Virus genome (UHGV): UHGV-0370973
Length of the DNA: 38,758 nucleotides
Reading direction: 5' to 3' (one strand)
DNA from: a virus
In this document: positions 19,181-30,200 of the stretch, in pieces
How positions within the stretch are numbered: the stretch's first letter is position 1
Layout of the letters: every line of letters starts with the position of its first letter
Position numbers and translations under genes: made by a program
Notes under the pieces: generated by a model
What the model was told of the DNA's origin: nothing
The model's input: the letters and a program-made list of their open reading frames with translations, nothing else
The model's database searches: none

Positions 19181-19803
19181 GTTGTATGTATGGTTTAAGC
19201 ATTACGAAACCAGATGGCAGCTTGTGGATAAGCCCGGGGTTTACGCCTCAGTGTCTGATCAATAAGGGAACTATTCCGGCGACTGAGAAGGCTTTTTTTA
19301 AAACGTCAATCCCGTCAGGAAAAAGTTGTTTTTTCTTTATCAGAACAGAGAAAAAGGCCGATGTTATGTACACGCATGAACAAATTGATGGATATCATGC
19401 CTTAAGGCTTCATCAAATTGTCAGGGGAACGAATCCCGGTGTTACGACTGTTTATGCTTTTGCGAATATGGTTACTCAACCTTCTGAGTATGGTATCGCC
19501 ATGTATAACCCGTCGGGTGAGATGATTTACCATGGCGAAATGATGCTGCTTGACGCGAAGTTAATACCAGTTGATATCAAGTTTGAGAAGGACCTTGGAT
19601 ATCCATGCGCAATTATGCCTGCACTGGTTGGATATTATAACTGGAAACGAACACCTTATGACCGACCGATTTACACCACATCCACTGGTGCTACAGGAAA
19701 TAAAATATATTCCTGTGAGCATTATTCCGGTGGTGCAACATGGGATATCCGAAAGCCGTATATAGATAAAGTTCTGGTTATTAATTCCTCAATATATGAT
19801 TAG
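19177..19803 (+). CDS. Hypothetical tail-associated protein, paralogous to the preceding ORF
   Basis: YGLSITKPDGSLWISPG and YGIAMYNPSGEMIYHG repeat the motif of the upstream ORF; start is either GTG 19177 or ATG 19186. Confidence 0.45.
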   Translation: MSCMYGLSITKPDGSLWISPGFTPQCLINKGTIPATEKAFFKTSIPSGKSCFFFIRTEKKADVMYTHEQIDGYHALRLHQIVRGTNPGVTTVYAFANMVTQPSEYGIAMYNPSGEMIYHGEMMLLDAKLIPVDIKFEKDLGYPCAIMPALVGYYNWKRTPYDRPIYTTSTGATGNKIYSCEHYSGGATWDIRKPYIDKVLVINSSIYD

Positions 19804-19882
19804 CGTAAGAAAAACTTTAATAGTGTAAAACGAAAGCGTTCCTTTCAGACATCGCATCCTTTAATTCAGAGAAATACTTAAA

Positions 19883-20620
19883 ATGAAAAGTATCATGAAA
19901 TTTTTTGCGTGTGCAGTTCTGGTGATGAGTTGCTTAACTGCACAGGTAAATGCAGCATCAGGCGATAGTACGGTATCTCTCGGGTTTGCACACATACGCT
20001 TCCCCGGGCTGAAGGATTTTGTTAGAGACGCGGGTGTTTATAACCGGGATACGTTCAGGAATGTTGTAAACGTAAACCATTTTAATTCATCAGCTGAATA
20101 CGAAAATGCTATTGCCCGGGGGCATGACGGCACAGCCAAAAGCCCCCTGGGGATGAGCATCAGGTATCGTTACGAGATAACTGATGAACTGGGTGTTATA
20201 GCCTCTTTTACATGGGCGCGCTCCATGACTAATGCGCAGGCATTTATTGATGTTAAGCCTTCCGATCCATCACGAGAGGTAAAAAACCCGGCAGCTTCAG
20301 CGAGAACTGATATCAGGGCTAATTACTGGAGTCTACTATCCGGTCCTTCGTGGCGGTTTAACGAATACCTCAGTGTGTATGCAATGGCTGGCATGGGGGT
20401 TGCAAAAGTCACCACTGACTTGAAAATTAACGACAATCTTAATCATGGTGCCGGTAGTTTTTCTGAAAGTAACAGCACCAAAAAAACGTCTATTGCATGG
20501 TCTGTCGGCGCGCAATTTAACTTCAATGAAAGTGTTACTATGGACGTCACTTATGAAAGCTCAGGCTCTGGCGACTGGAAAACTGATGGTTTATTTGCAG
20601 GCATTGGCCTGAAATTCTGA
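19883..20620 (+). CDS. lom: Lom/Ail/PagC-family outer-membrane beta-barrel protein
   Basis: Signal peptide MKSIMKFFACAVLVMSCLTAQVNA; C-terminus VTMDVTYESSGSGDWKTDGLFAGIGLKF matches lambda Lom VVDIAYEGSGSGDWRTDGFIVGVGYKF. Confidence 0.85.
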   Translation: MKSIMKFFACAVLVMSCLTAQVNAASGDSTVSLGFAHIRFPGLKDFVRDAGVYNRDTFRNVVNVNHFNSSAEYENAIARGHDGTAKSPLGMSIRYRYEITDELGVIASFTWARSMTNAQAFIDVKPSDPSREVKNPAASARTDIRANYWSLLSGPSWRFNEYLSVYAMAGMGVAKVTTDLKINDNLNHGAGSFSESNSTKKTSIAWSVGAQFNFNESVTMDVTYESSGSGDWKTDGLFAGIGLKF

Positions 20621-20642
20621 GTAATACCCGACAACATGTCAT

Positions 20643-20668
20643 AACCCGCTGTGATGGCGGGTTTTTTG
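20643..20668 (+). terminator. Intrinsic terminator after lom
   Basis: Stem cccgc / gcggg with loop tgtgatg, followed by TTTTTT. Confidence 0.6.
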
Positions 20669-20852
20669 TTGCCCGTGCAGGGCAAAAATCGTAGATTATG
20701 CGCGGGTGCCTTTCGGCTGATGGCTGGAGGGAGAACCTGAAGGCCTGATGTGGAAAGGCCCCGAGTCAAACATTTTGTTTAACCCGAGGCCCTAACCATC
20801 ATACCTTAAGCAAGTAGAAGGTTAGCGCCTCTCCACTCAGGAGGCAAGCGCT

Positions 20853-20993
20853 ATGTCGCAAAAATCGCTCATCACCGTCACAATTTGTATGACGGTAATC
20901 TTCACCATCTGGATGTTACACGGCTCGTTGTGTGAGTTCCGGCTGAATTTGTGGGGAGCGGAGTTTGCGGCGTTCTTACAGTGTAAGCAGTAG
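20853..20993 (+). CDS. Hok/Gef-family type I toxin (46 aa), absent from the ORF track
   Basis: MSQKSLITVTICMTVIFTIWMLHGSLCEFRLNLWGAEFAAFLQCKQ has a TM helix followed by SLCEFR and EFAAF, matching Hok KSLCEIR and EVAAF; RBS aggagg 8 nt upstream. Confidence 0.65.
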   Translation: MSQKSLITVTICMTVIFTIWMLHGSLCEFRLNLWGAEFAAFLQCKQ

Positions 20994-21002
20994 GAAAACC
21001 GC

Positions 21003-21024
21003 GACGGGGACGAAAGTCCCCGTC
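21003..21024 (+). other. Perfect 9-bp stem with GNRA-type loop directly 3' of the hok-like ORF
   Basis: gacggggac-gaaa-gtccccgtc with no T-run; consistent with a 3' fold-back element of a hok-type mRNA. Confidence 0.4.
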
Positions 21025-21049
21025 AACTGGTTGCTGAGGTTCAGCCGAT

Positions 21050-21451
21050 ATGGCACCCGTTTCTGGTGAGAGAATGGACGACACAATTCTCCGGTATATG
21101 CAGCGTGTTGTGAGAAATTCCCGCAACCCTGAATTTATGAATGAAGTTAAAGACGCCGGCCTTAAAAAGCAGGCGTTTTGCTTTGAGGCACCGGATGGTT
21201 TTCTGGTGCTGCGTTCTGTGCTCAGTGACGATGGTATCCCTTATGTTCTGGTGTTACTGGGCGTGTGTACGGGGAGTAAGAGTGTTGAGCGTTATCTGCC
21301 GGAGGTGAAGACATTAACCCGCCTGGCTGGCGGACGCTGGGCCGAATTTCATACGGCAAGACGAGGATTTATCCGGCTGGGAAAACGTCTGGGCTTTGAG
21401 CGAATGCCGGATGATGAGGATGGCTTCATGGTGTTCAGGATAGCAGTCTGA
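21050..21451 (+). CDS. Hypothetical protein
   Basis: 133-aa ORF followed by an intrinsic terminator; no recognisable motif. Confidence 0.4.
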   Translation: MAPVSGERMDDTILRYMQRVVRNSRNPEFMNEVKDAGLKKQAFCFEAPDGFLVLRSVLSDDGIPYVLVLLGVCTGSKSVERYLPEVKTLTRLAGGRWAEFHTARRGFIRLGKRLGFERMPDDEDGFMVFRIAV

Positions 21452-21503
21452 CTGCCACTGTATTCATCATCGAGCGTAAACCCACATTGCAATTCACATT
21501 CTG

Positions 21504-21526
21504 ACCCTGCTCCGGCAGGGTTTTTT
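21504..21526 (+). terminator. Intrinsic terminator
   Basis: Stem ccctgc / gcaggg with loop tccg, followed by TTTTTT. Confidence 0.6.
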
Positions 21527-21544
21527 GTTATCTGAGGAGCCATT

Positions 21545-22201
21545 ATGGGCGGAAGTAAAGGTGGTGGTGATACCAAAGTAAAACCAACAGCAGCGCAAAT
21601 AGCACAGGAAGAGGTGGCCTGGAAAGGGTGGCAGGATTACAAAAATATTCTCCGTCCGGCAGAAGATAACTTCATGAAAAAGGTCGATGACCTTAACAGT
21701 GAGCAGCAGTACGAAAATATCGCAGGCACAACAAATCTTGGGTATCAGAAACAGTTTGGTGAAGCGCGAAGGGAGCTGGCGGGTAATCTTGCTCAGTCCG
21801 GCGTTGACCCATCCAGTGGTCGTTTTAATGCAGTAATGGATGCAAATCAAAGCGACCAGGTGATCGGGCAGATTGACACGACCACACGGGGGCAGGTATC
21901 GCAGGCAGATAAATATATTGCCGGGCTACAGGATGTTGCGGCTCTCGGTTCCGGTCAGAAGGCAGATGCGTTACAGAGTTTTAACTCCCTGGCTGACAGC
22001 AGTCTGGCAAAAGCCAAATCGGATGCACAGGCGGCGTTTACGAAACAACAGGGGCGAGCTTCTCTTGTTGGCGCTGGTCTGGGAGCTGTAGGTGCGTACG
22101 CGATGCATAAGGCTGGCGGTAACGGAGGTGGTGGCGGCGCTAAAACGCCAGGCACCGGCGCTAATGCTATTCAGCATCAGGCTCAGAACTGGAGACTGTA
22201 A
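21545..22201 (+). CDS. Hypothetical virion protein (Gly-rich C-terminus)
   Basis: RBS gaggag; first of a coupled gene block leading to the giant ORF. Confidence 0.5.
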   Translation: MGGSKGGGDTKVKPTAAQIAQEEVAWKGWQDYKNILRPAEDNFMKKVDDLNSEQQYENIAGTTNLGYQKQFGEARRELAGNLAQSGVDPSSGRFNAVMDANQSDQVIGQIDTTTRGQVSQADKYIAGLQDVAALGSGQKADALQSFNSLADSSLAKAKSDAQAAFTKQQGRASLVGAGLGAVGAYAMHKAGGNGGGGGAKTPGTGANAIQHQAQNWRL

Positions 22202-22203
22202 TT

Positions 22204-22650
22204 ATGGAGTATGGCAAATACGAAACTCTCGCAAGGGCTGGTTATTCAGGCGCAGCCCGCCCACAGGGTGACTGGCAGACGTCAGCAGCGCTGACACGCC
22301 AACAATACGACGACTGGCGAACCAGATATTTGCCCCGCGTGGCAAGGCTGGCTGACCTTGGCGAGAACAACAGCCTGATGAATGCGCAGCTTGCCCGGGT
22401 GGGCGGCCTTGCCACTTCCAGTCTCCGTACAGCGCAGATGGCGCAGGATAACCAGATGGCGAGATACGGGGTAAGCCGCCCGGATAATCCCAACAGTAAC
22501 ACACTGGGTTTGCGTAATGCTCTGGCAATTGCTGGCGCGAAAAATGGTATCCGTGAAGCAGAGCAGGATCGCCAGATGAACATACTGACGGGGGCTTCTG
22601 CACCTGCAAGACAACAACTGAGTGTTGGCGGAAAACTGGTGTCAGCGTAA
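22204..22650 (+). CDS. Hypothetical virion protein
   Basis: 148-aa ORF tightly packed with its neighbours. Confidence 0.45.
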   Translation: MEYGKYETLARAGYSGAARPQGDWQTSAALTRQQYDDWRTRYLPRVARLADLGENNSLMNAQLARVGGLATSSLRTAQMAQDNQMARYGVSRPDNPNSNTLGLRNALAIAGAKNGIREAEQDRQMNILTGASAPARQQLSVGGKLVSA

Positions 22651-22659
22651 GGGGGCAAT

Positions 22660-22911
22660 ATGGGATACGGTTTACTGGATATTGCGAATCAGTCGCGGCG
22701 TGAGGCATTACAGGGAATAAGTGATGCCGACAGACGACGTGAAGAAATTGAGGCCGCGAACAAACAGATGGCGGCGCAACAGAAAGCGCAGAACAAACAG
22801 AATATCGGCACGGGAATTGGTACGGGTGCAGCTATGGGCGCTGCTGTTGGTGGTCTCCCCGGTGCGGCTATTGGTGCTGTCATAGGTGGTATTGCTGGTT
22901 CTTTGTTTTAA
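22660..22911 (+). CDS. Small glycine-zipper membrane protein
   Basis: C-terminus IGTGIGTGAAMGAAVGGLPGAAIGAVIGGIAGSLF; RBS aggggg. Confidence 0.5.
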   Translation: MGYGLLDIANQSRREALQGISDADRRREEIEAANKQMAAQQKAQNKQNIGTGIGTGAAMGAAVGGLPGAAIGAVIGGIAGSLF

Positions 22912-22921
22912 GGAGTGGTGA

Positions 22922-24187
22922 ATGAGCGGATTTGCACAGGGTTTACTTGCCGGATTCAGCACGGTTGACCAGGCAATGACCCGTCGTAAGGAACTTGGTT
23001 TGCGAGAAGCACAGCTTGCTCAACAACAGAAAAATAACGAGCGCGATTTTGAATTTGCACAGTCGCAGTTTGAACATAATAAAGACGTTGATCAGCGGAA
23101 CTTTGATTACAGAGCCAAAGTCGACGACCGTAATTATGCACTGCAGGAAAGGGAGTTTAACGCCAACCAGAATTACCGGAATGCGTCGCTGGGTATGGAG
23201 CAGCAGCGACTCCGGATGCAGAAATACAACCAGCGACGGCTTGAGTATAACGATATGCTGGCGCGCGATCAGCCTGTGATGGCGGCGCTTGGAAAGGCTG
23301 TGGATGCTGGCGATCGGGATGCAGCAATGCGTCTTTACGGCCAGTTGTCAGAGGGTAATCCGCTGAGGCTGATGGCGAATGATGGCTATGTAGCGAAAGC
23401 GGGTCAGGCCGTGAACAACCTGCAAAAAATCTTTGATGACAAGCCGGACAGGGCGATCGCTTCACTCAATACCCCGGAAAATCTCGATGTGCTTTCCGGC
23501 GTGTTTGCCCCGGAACTACAACAGCGTATTGGCATGCCTGATTCAACCGGGGAAAAAACGATAAAAGGGGCCAGGATTGGCAGTATCGTACCGGCGCAGC
23601 AGGAAGGGTACGTACTTATTGGCCTTGATCTCACATACAGCGATGGCTCCACCGCGCATAAACCTGTAACAGAATACGGCAGTGCGCACCCTGATGATCA
23701 AACCGTGCTGGCGATACCCGTTGATAAGGCTATCGCTCAGGTCAGGGATCGCAGCAAATTTGCAGAGATATCGAAAAATTATGGTTATTTTATGCCGAAG
23801 CAGCAGGGACTTTCTCTGAAAGAGCTTCAGAAGGGGGCCAGCAACGTAGCGGCGGACGCGATCAAGAATGGCGGTAATGCACAGGCTGCGGTGGATGAAT
23901 ATTATGCTGCAACTGGTTCACCGCAACATCAGCAGAAAATTCAGCAGCAAAAAATTCAACAAGGGATTACCAGTTGGGCGGGTGATGATCCGGATAAGCA
24001 GGCATTCGCCAGAGAAGTTGCTTCCCGTCAGCCAGAAATGCTGGAGCCTCAGAATCAGAAATTGCTGGAGAACGGGTATGCGAATTTTCTCCGTATTCAA
24101 AAGGCCAGGGGGGAACAGGCCAGAGATGATAGTGCGGCCTCTGCATCTGAGTTTATCCGTGGTCTGAAACAGAATTACGCGCAGTAA
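22922..24187 (+). CDS. Hypothetical virion protein
   Basis: 421-aa ORF with RBS aaggag, directly upstream of the giant ORF. Confidence 0.5.
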   Translation: MSGFAQGLLAGFSTVDQAMTRRKELGLREAQLAQQQKNNERDFEFAQSQFEHNKDVDQRNFDYRAKVDDRNYALQEREFNANQNYRNASLGMEQQRLRMQKYNQRRLEYNDMLARDQPVMAALGKAVDAGDRDAAMRLYGQLSEGNPLRLMANDGYVAKAGQAVNNLQKIFDDKPDRAIASLNTPENLDVLSGVFAPELQQRIGMPDSTGEKTIKGARIGSIVPAQQEGYVLIGLDLTYSDGSTAHKPVTEYGSAHPDDQTVLAIPVDKAIAQVRDRSKFAEISKNYGYFMPKQQGLSLKELQKGASNVAADAIKNGGNAQAAVDEYYAATGSPQHQQKIQQQKIQQGITSWAGDDPDKQAFAREVASRQPEMLEPQNQKLLENGYANFLRIQKARGEQARDDSAASASEFIRGLKQNYAQ

Positions 24188-24218
24188 TTCACCATTCCCG
24201 TTAATACTATTTCCTGAT

Positions 24219-24244
24219 ACCCGGTCATTGTGCCGGGTTTTTTT
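24219..24244 (+). terminator. Intrinsic terminator-like hairpin before the giant ORF
   Basis: Stem acccgg / ccgggt followed by a T-run. Confidence 0.45.
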
Positions 24245-24255
24245 ATGGAGTCTGT

Positions 24256-27200
24256 ATGGCTTATTCCGATGAACAGCGCCCTGAAGCGCAATTTGGCAAC
24301 CAGAACCGCAACAGCCTGAACATTCAGCTGCCGGGCGAGACTGACAGCTATGATGCGTTTTTCTCCGATCCCAATCGCTGGAAGGACAACAGCACGTCGT
24401 TCAGCCTGGGCGATGTATTGCCAACTATGGGGAAAGGTGTCGCCCAGTCCGTCCGGGGGGCAGGGGAAATGGCCCGTGGACTCGGTGATGCGATGATTCA
24501 GAACCCGGTAAAAACAGGGGCGCGTATTTTAAATGAGTTCAGCCGTATGGGGCTGCCGGGAGTCGCAACTGTTCAGGATATTTTTGTCGGTGGCAGCAAG
24601 GGGGCGGATGAGGTCATCGACACTCTGCCTGATGGAAAAAATGCGGTTACTGATACTGTCGGTAAAGGTCTGAAGGTCACAGGCAAGGCAGTCAGTGGCG
24701 GCGCTAAAGCCTCGGATGAATGGCTGACTGGCAAGATGTCGCCGGGGGCGCAGCGGGCGCTGAATACACCGATGACTGAAGGATATGATGATTCTGCGGT
24801 CTGGGTGGCGAAGGGCGTAAACCTGATTGGTGCCCTTGTACCTGATATGGTTGCAGGCGGTGTGACTAAAAAGCTGGGTGAAGTCACTCTGCGAAAAGTG
24901 CTGACCGCCGGGCTGGAGAAAAAATACATTGCGGCAGGGATGCAGCCGGAAAGAGCTACCGCACTGGCAGCAGAAGCTGTCGATAAAAAAATGCCGGATT
25001 TATTCCAGGCAGGCCTGATCACCCATTCCTCAGCCAGCGCACAGGGGCAGAGTGCAATGGCAGCAGCAGACTCTGTTCTTAACGCGGATTACTCTGAGCT
25101 GGCGAAGTCCCCGAAATTTCAGCAGACGTTTTTGTCAATTGATGCAGATCCGCAGCACGCACAGCTTACTGATCGCCAGAAAATGGATCTGGCAAAAGAG
25201 CGTGTTGCCGATGAGGTGCGCGCGCAGCTGGCAACCGATCCTGAATTGCTGGCTGTGAATGCCATGGCGGCAAAACTGGGCGATGCTCAGTTGTTTAATC
25301 TGGCGATGCGGGGCACGGCGAAGACCGTTAAAAGCGGCATTGTCAGAAATGCCACGGAACAGGGGACGATTAATGCGGCGCAGGGCGGCTATTCGCGTTA
25401 CCAGGAAAATATGACGTTGCGTGAGACTGCCGGAATGGATATATCACCATGGGAGGGGGTAGCTGACGCAACGATCGAAGGAGCCGCTCTTGGTGCAGCG
25501 ATGGGCGCACCGTTCGGTGCGGTTGCCGGATATCGTGGAAAACGTCAGGCCGCAGAAGAAACCGCCATGCGTGAGGCTGAAGTCGTACAGCAGGGTGAAG
25601 CAGCCCCGCAACCCGAACCGGCTGATCCGGTGGCACAGCATCGCGAATCCATGCAGGGCATGAATCGCGAGCAACTTCTGGAACAGTATGCTGATGCGGA
25701 TATGGCACCTGAGGTAGACACGTCTGCCGTTCATCGCCGGGAAGCCGCCAGCCAGCTGTTAAATGAACTGGATGAACAGGCGAAGCGACAGGCGGTGATG
25801 GATGAGCTGAAGGCGAAGCCGCGCCCTGAACTGCTTGAGGAATACCGAAAACTCAGCCTGAAGGAAGGGCGTACTGATACTGAAGAGCAGCAGTTACAGG
25901 CTATCCGTGATGTGCTTCGCCCTCAGCAGGAGGCCAGACCGGAGGCACAGCCACAGCCGGAAAATGCGGATGATGGCGACGGGAGTATTTACCCGACGGT
26001 GCGGTTCCGCGATCCGGATGAAGTTCGTATTGAAATTAACGGGAGTGGTGCGTCCAGACCAGCAGAACGCATTGAAAAGGTGCGTCCGGACAACCGTTAT
26101 TTCACGGATGAAAAAAGTGCTCTGGGGAGCGACGTTTTCCGCAATGCCAGCGCCACCGGCCTGAAACCGTCCGTAGTGAAGAAAGGCGAGAATCAGTATG
26201 CCGTTGAAATGGATAATCCTGCGTTCTCTGAAGATGTGGCAACGGAGACCATTAACACCCTGGCTGACGGAGAGCGTATTGCTGATGCTGAACCGATGGA
26301 GCAGCCCGCGTTCATGCGTGACCCGCGATTCCGTGGTTTCACGGGGGATGATACAGAAGTGCAGGCCCGCCTTGCCCGTGGCAACGCGCCGACGGCAGAG
26401 GAGCTTGTACGTTCACAGATGGCTGAAGGTGATGCCGGTCCGACAGCACAGGAGTTAACTGAGCGTCCACGCCTTCCCGCTCCCGGCGATATTCATCCCG
26501 GACAGGGATATCCGTTACCAGGAGAAGTGGCGCGTACGCCGGATGAAAATCAGGCCGGACGTGGTGGTCGTTTTACCACAACCGGTGAGGTGAAGGGCCA
26601 GAGTTTCCAGAAAGGACGTGCGCAGGCACCGGAAAATGCCGCTGGTCGCCAGGGGGAAATACTGGAGGGCGAACCGGTTCGTCGTGGTCTGCCATCACCG
26701 GATGAGCAGAACGCCACAGCACCAGTGCGTGAAGGACTTCCTGCACCTGAACAGCGTGGGGTTGATATGCCACATCCTGAATCACTCCCTCGTATGGTTC
26801 GTGACTCCCTTCCGGAACTGGCACAGCAGGCAGAAGCGCGCAGACAGACCGGGGATAATCGCCAGACCATAACCGATGTTCCGGATACTGAGGTGCCGGT
26901 GCCGGTAGATAAACCGAGCACTCACCAGCAGGCGCGTGGTGCAAAAATTGAAGACTTTGGCGAGGAGATTAAGGGCGCGGCAAAACACCGTTATGCACAG
27001 CTTGCCGAAACACTGGGTAAAACGCTGGAAGACAGGGATTATTTCACGCAGCCGCTGAGCAAAGTGTTCCCGAAACCGGACTATGCAAAACTGGCGAACG
27101 AAGGGGCCGACGCTGACACACTGGCAATGATTGCGCTGTACCGCAGTGATATTCCCGCGAAAACGAAACTCAATGCGGTGAAGTGGGTGGAGAGTGTAAA

Positions 27201-30200
27201 GAGCATCCGCACAAGCGTGGCGGGAATGCTGGAAGGAAAAGTGACTGCCGGACGGCTTGCTGAGTGGATGGAGGGAAGAATGCCTTCCCGTTATGCGGAT
27301 ACCTGGCAACTGTTACGCACGCTGCCACCTTCACAGATGGACAAGGCTTCTGCTTATCGGGTGGTATCCGGTGTGTATCAGGCGGCCGGAGGGAAGCGTT
27401 ACGATCCGCCACAGAAACTTTATTCACTGCGCAATAAGGACAATAAGGGGAGTAACCTCTTTTTCTCGGAAAGCAGGGATGAATTACTGACAAAGGCGAA
27501 AGCCTGGTTTGCAGAGCAGGAGGAAAAGTCACGGGCGAAAGGTGATGAAAAAACAGCACCGTCACCAGATGACAAAATCAGCTTTGACGTTTACCGGAAT
27601 ACCCGTAGTGGCGATATTTTTATCGCTTACGGCAAAAACAAAATGCGGGTGAGAGGTGGTTTTAAGTCAGCCAGTGATGCGCGTAAGTACATTGATTCAC
27701 ATCGTGATGAGCTTGTTCGTCATGTGAAGGAGATGCGGGAGATTTCGCGTGAGGAGCAGCGTAACGCCACTAACCGCGACCGCACCGGACCAGAACGCCG
27801 CAAAGGGGATGTTTCGCCGGAGCAGTTCAGTGATGCGTTTGGTTTCCGTGGTGTGCAGTTTGGTAATTATGTGGAAGGTCCGCGTCGTCAGGCTGATTTG
27901 AACCGGGCTTATGACTCGCTGCATGACCTGGCTGACGTGCTGAACGTTCCGACAAAAGCGCTTTCCCTGAATGGTCGTCTTGGGCTTGCTTTTGGTGCCC
28001 GTGGTAAGGGTAAGGCGGCGGCACACTATGAGCCGGGTGAGGTGGCAATCAACCTGACAAAAGGTAACGGACCGGGGGCGCTGGCCCACGAATGGTTCCA
28101 TTCACTGGATAATTATTTTGGTCGTTATGATGTTTCCACTGACGGGAAGATCACGTCAGGTGGCGACTATATGACGGAAGCACAACGTGCCGGGCGCGTA
28201 TTTAAAGACGGCAGATATGTTGATGCGGAATATCCGGTACGTCAGGAGGTTTACGACGCGTTTAAAGGCGTGATGAAAGCGATCAACAGCAGTGACATGC
28301 CGCGTCGTTCAGCGCTTCTCGATGAGGTGCGCTCAAAACCGTACTGGTCAACGGATGTTGAAATGGCGGCGCGTGCCTTTGAGCGTTATGTTCAGGATAA
28401 AGCGCGTACGGCTGGCGTGGAGAATGATTATCTGGTCAATATCCGTAAGGCACCTGAGCACAACACAGATAACACCTGGGCTTATCCGACGAATGCGGAA
28501 CTGGATGGCGGTATTCGTGATGCATTCGATCACCTGTTCAGTACGCTGAAAACCCGTGAGACGGACAAGGGCGTTGCGTTTTATTCCCGTAAGGGCGTGA
28601 CCCGCACACCTGAAGGCAATCTCATTTCGGATGTTAACCGCAGTGCGGAAGCCAAAGGCAGCCCGGTCCCGCAGGTTGAAGCGGTTGCCCGTGGCGTGAT
28701 GAGTGGCATTAAGGACAGTGACCTGAAGGTCCGCGTGGTGAAGTCACAGAAAGAGGCTGAAGCGCTGGCGGGTGAATCGTTCGACGGTTACGGCAGGGTG
28801 CATGCGTTCTATCGTCCGGATAAACGTGAAATTGTCCTGGTGGCGGATAACATTCCTGACGGGCGGACCGTTCGCGAGAAGCTGCGTCACGAGATTATCC
28901 ACCATGCAATGGAGCATGTAGTCACGCCAGCGGAATATCAGACGATTATTAAGACCGTGCTGAAAACCCGTGACAGTGATAACGCCACCATCCGTGAAGC
29001 CTGGCGTAAGGTTGATGCGTCTTATGGTAAGGAATCACCGGAAGTGCAGGCGGGTGAATTTCTGGCACATATGGCGGAGAAACAGCCGAATAAATTTGTG
29101 GCGGCGTGGGAGCGTGTTGTTGCCCTGGTCAAAGGGGTACTGCGTCGCACGGGGTTACTGAAGCCGACAGAGCTGAACGATATCAGACTTGTTCGCGAAA
29201 CTATTCGCACGTTAGGCCAGCGTGTGCGGGAAGGTTACACGCCGCGTGAGGATGGCGCGGGCGCATCGTCTCAGTACCCCCGTAGTGGTAAACCTGATCC
29301 GTTCAAAGTGCCGGAAGGTGAGGGCGAGCGTTATCGTGATGACCTTGCCAGAATGATGAAGTCGTTACGTTCTGGTGCAATGACTGCAAACATCGGGCGT
29401 ACGCCGCCGGTATTGCGCCACCTTGGCGCACCAGATTTGCCGCTGGTTATCTCCCGCGACACTGTGCGGAAGGCAACCAATGGAGTGAAACATGTGGTGC
29501 CAATGGATGTTATCGAGAGACTTCCTGAGCTGATGCACGATCCGGATGCAATTTACCGTTCCGCGACAGAAAGAAATGCGGTTGTGATGCTGCTTGATGC
29601 CGTGGATAAAAATGGTGATCCGGTGGTGTCGGCAGTGCACATGAAGGCAACAGATAAACGAATAGAAATTAACAAGGTGGCTTCTGTATATGGAACAAAA
29701 GGGGGGATGAACAAAGCTAATAGCCTGGATAAAGCAGGTTTGACGCTTTACCGGAAGGAAAAATTAAGCCGCGATAACCCTCAGTACAGTGGGCTTCAAT
29801 TGCCCAAAGAGGAGCGTTCTTATCGCGGCTCTGTAGATAAAATACTCTATCCTGAAGATATTCGCAAGGGGCCGTATTACTCCCGTACCAGCAGTCTGAC
29901 ACCGGAAGAGACAATTGCATCGCGTTTTGTGCGTCAGATGCAGGATAAATTCCAGGTGCTGAAAGCTGTTCAGGAGAACATCCGTAAAACTGGCGGAAAA
30001 ATAGACGACAGTAACAACGCTTATATGGCGGAAGAACTCTTCCACGGGAAGGCGGAAAACGACCTGAACGTGATGAAGGAGCGCTACGTTCAGCCACTGG
30101 CTAAATTACTGGCGGACTACAAAATTGCGCAGGCCGATCTGGATGAGTACCTCTACGCCCGTCACGCGCCGGAACGTAACGCGCATATCGCGAAAATCAA

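Noticed and set aside
20690-20852. Possible tRNA or small structured RNA gene in the GC-rich region upstream of the hok-like ORF
   Set aside because: No T-arm (GTTCRANYC) or cloverleaf-compatible pattern was found; it is better explained as the leader of the hok-like mRNA.
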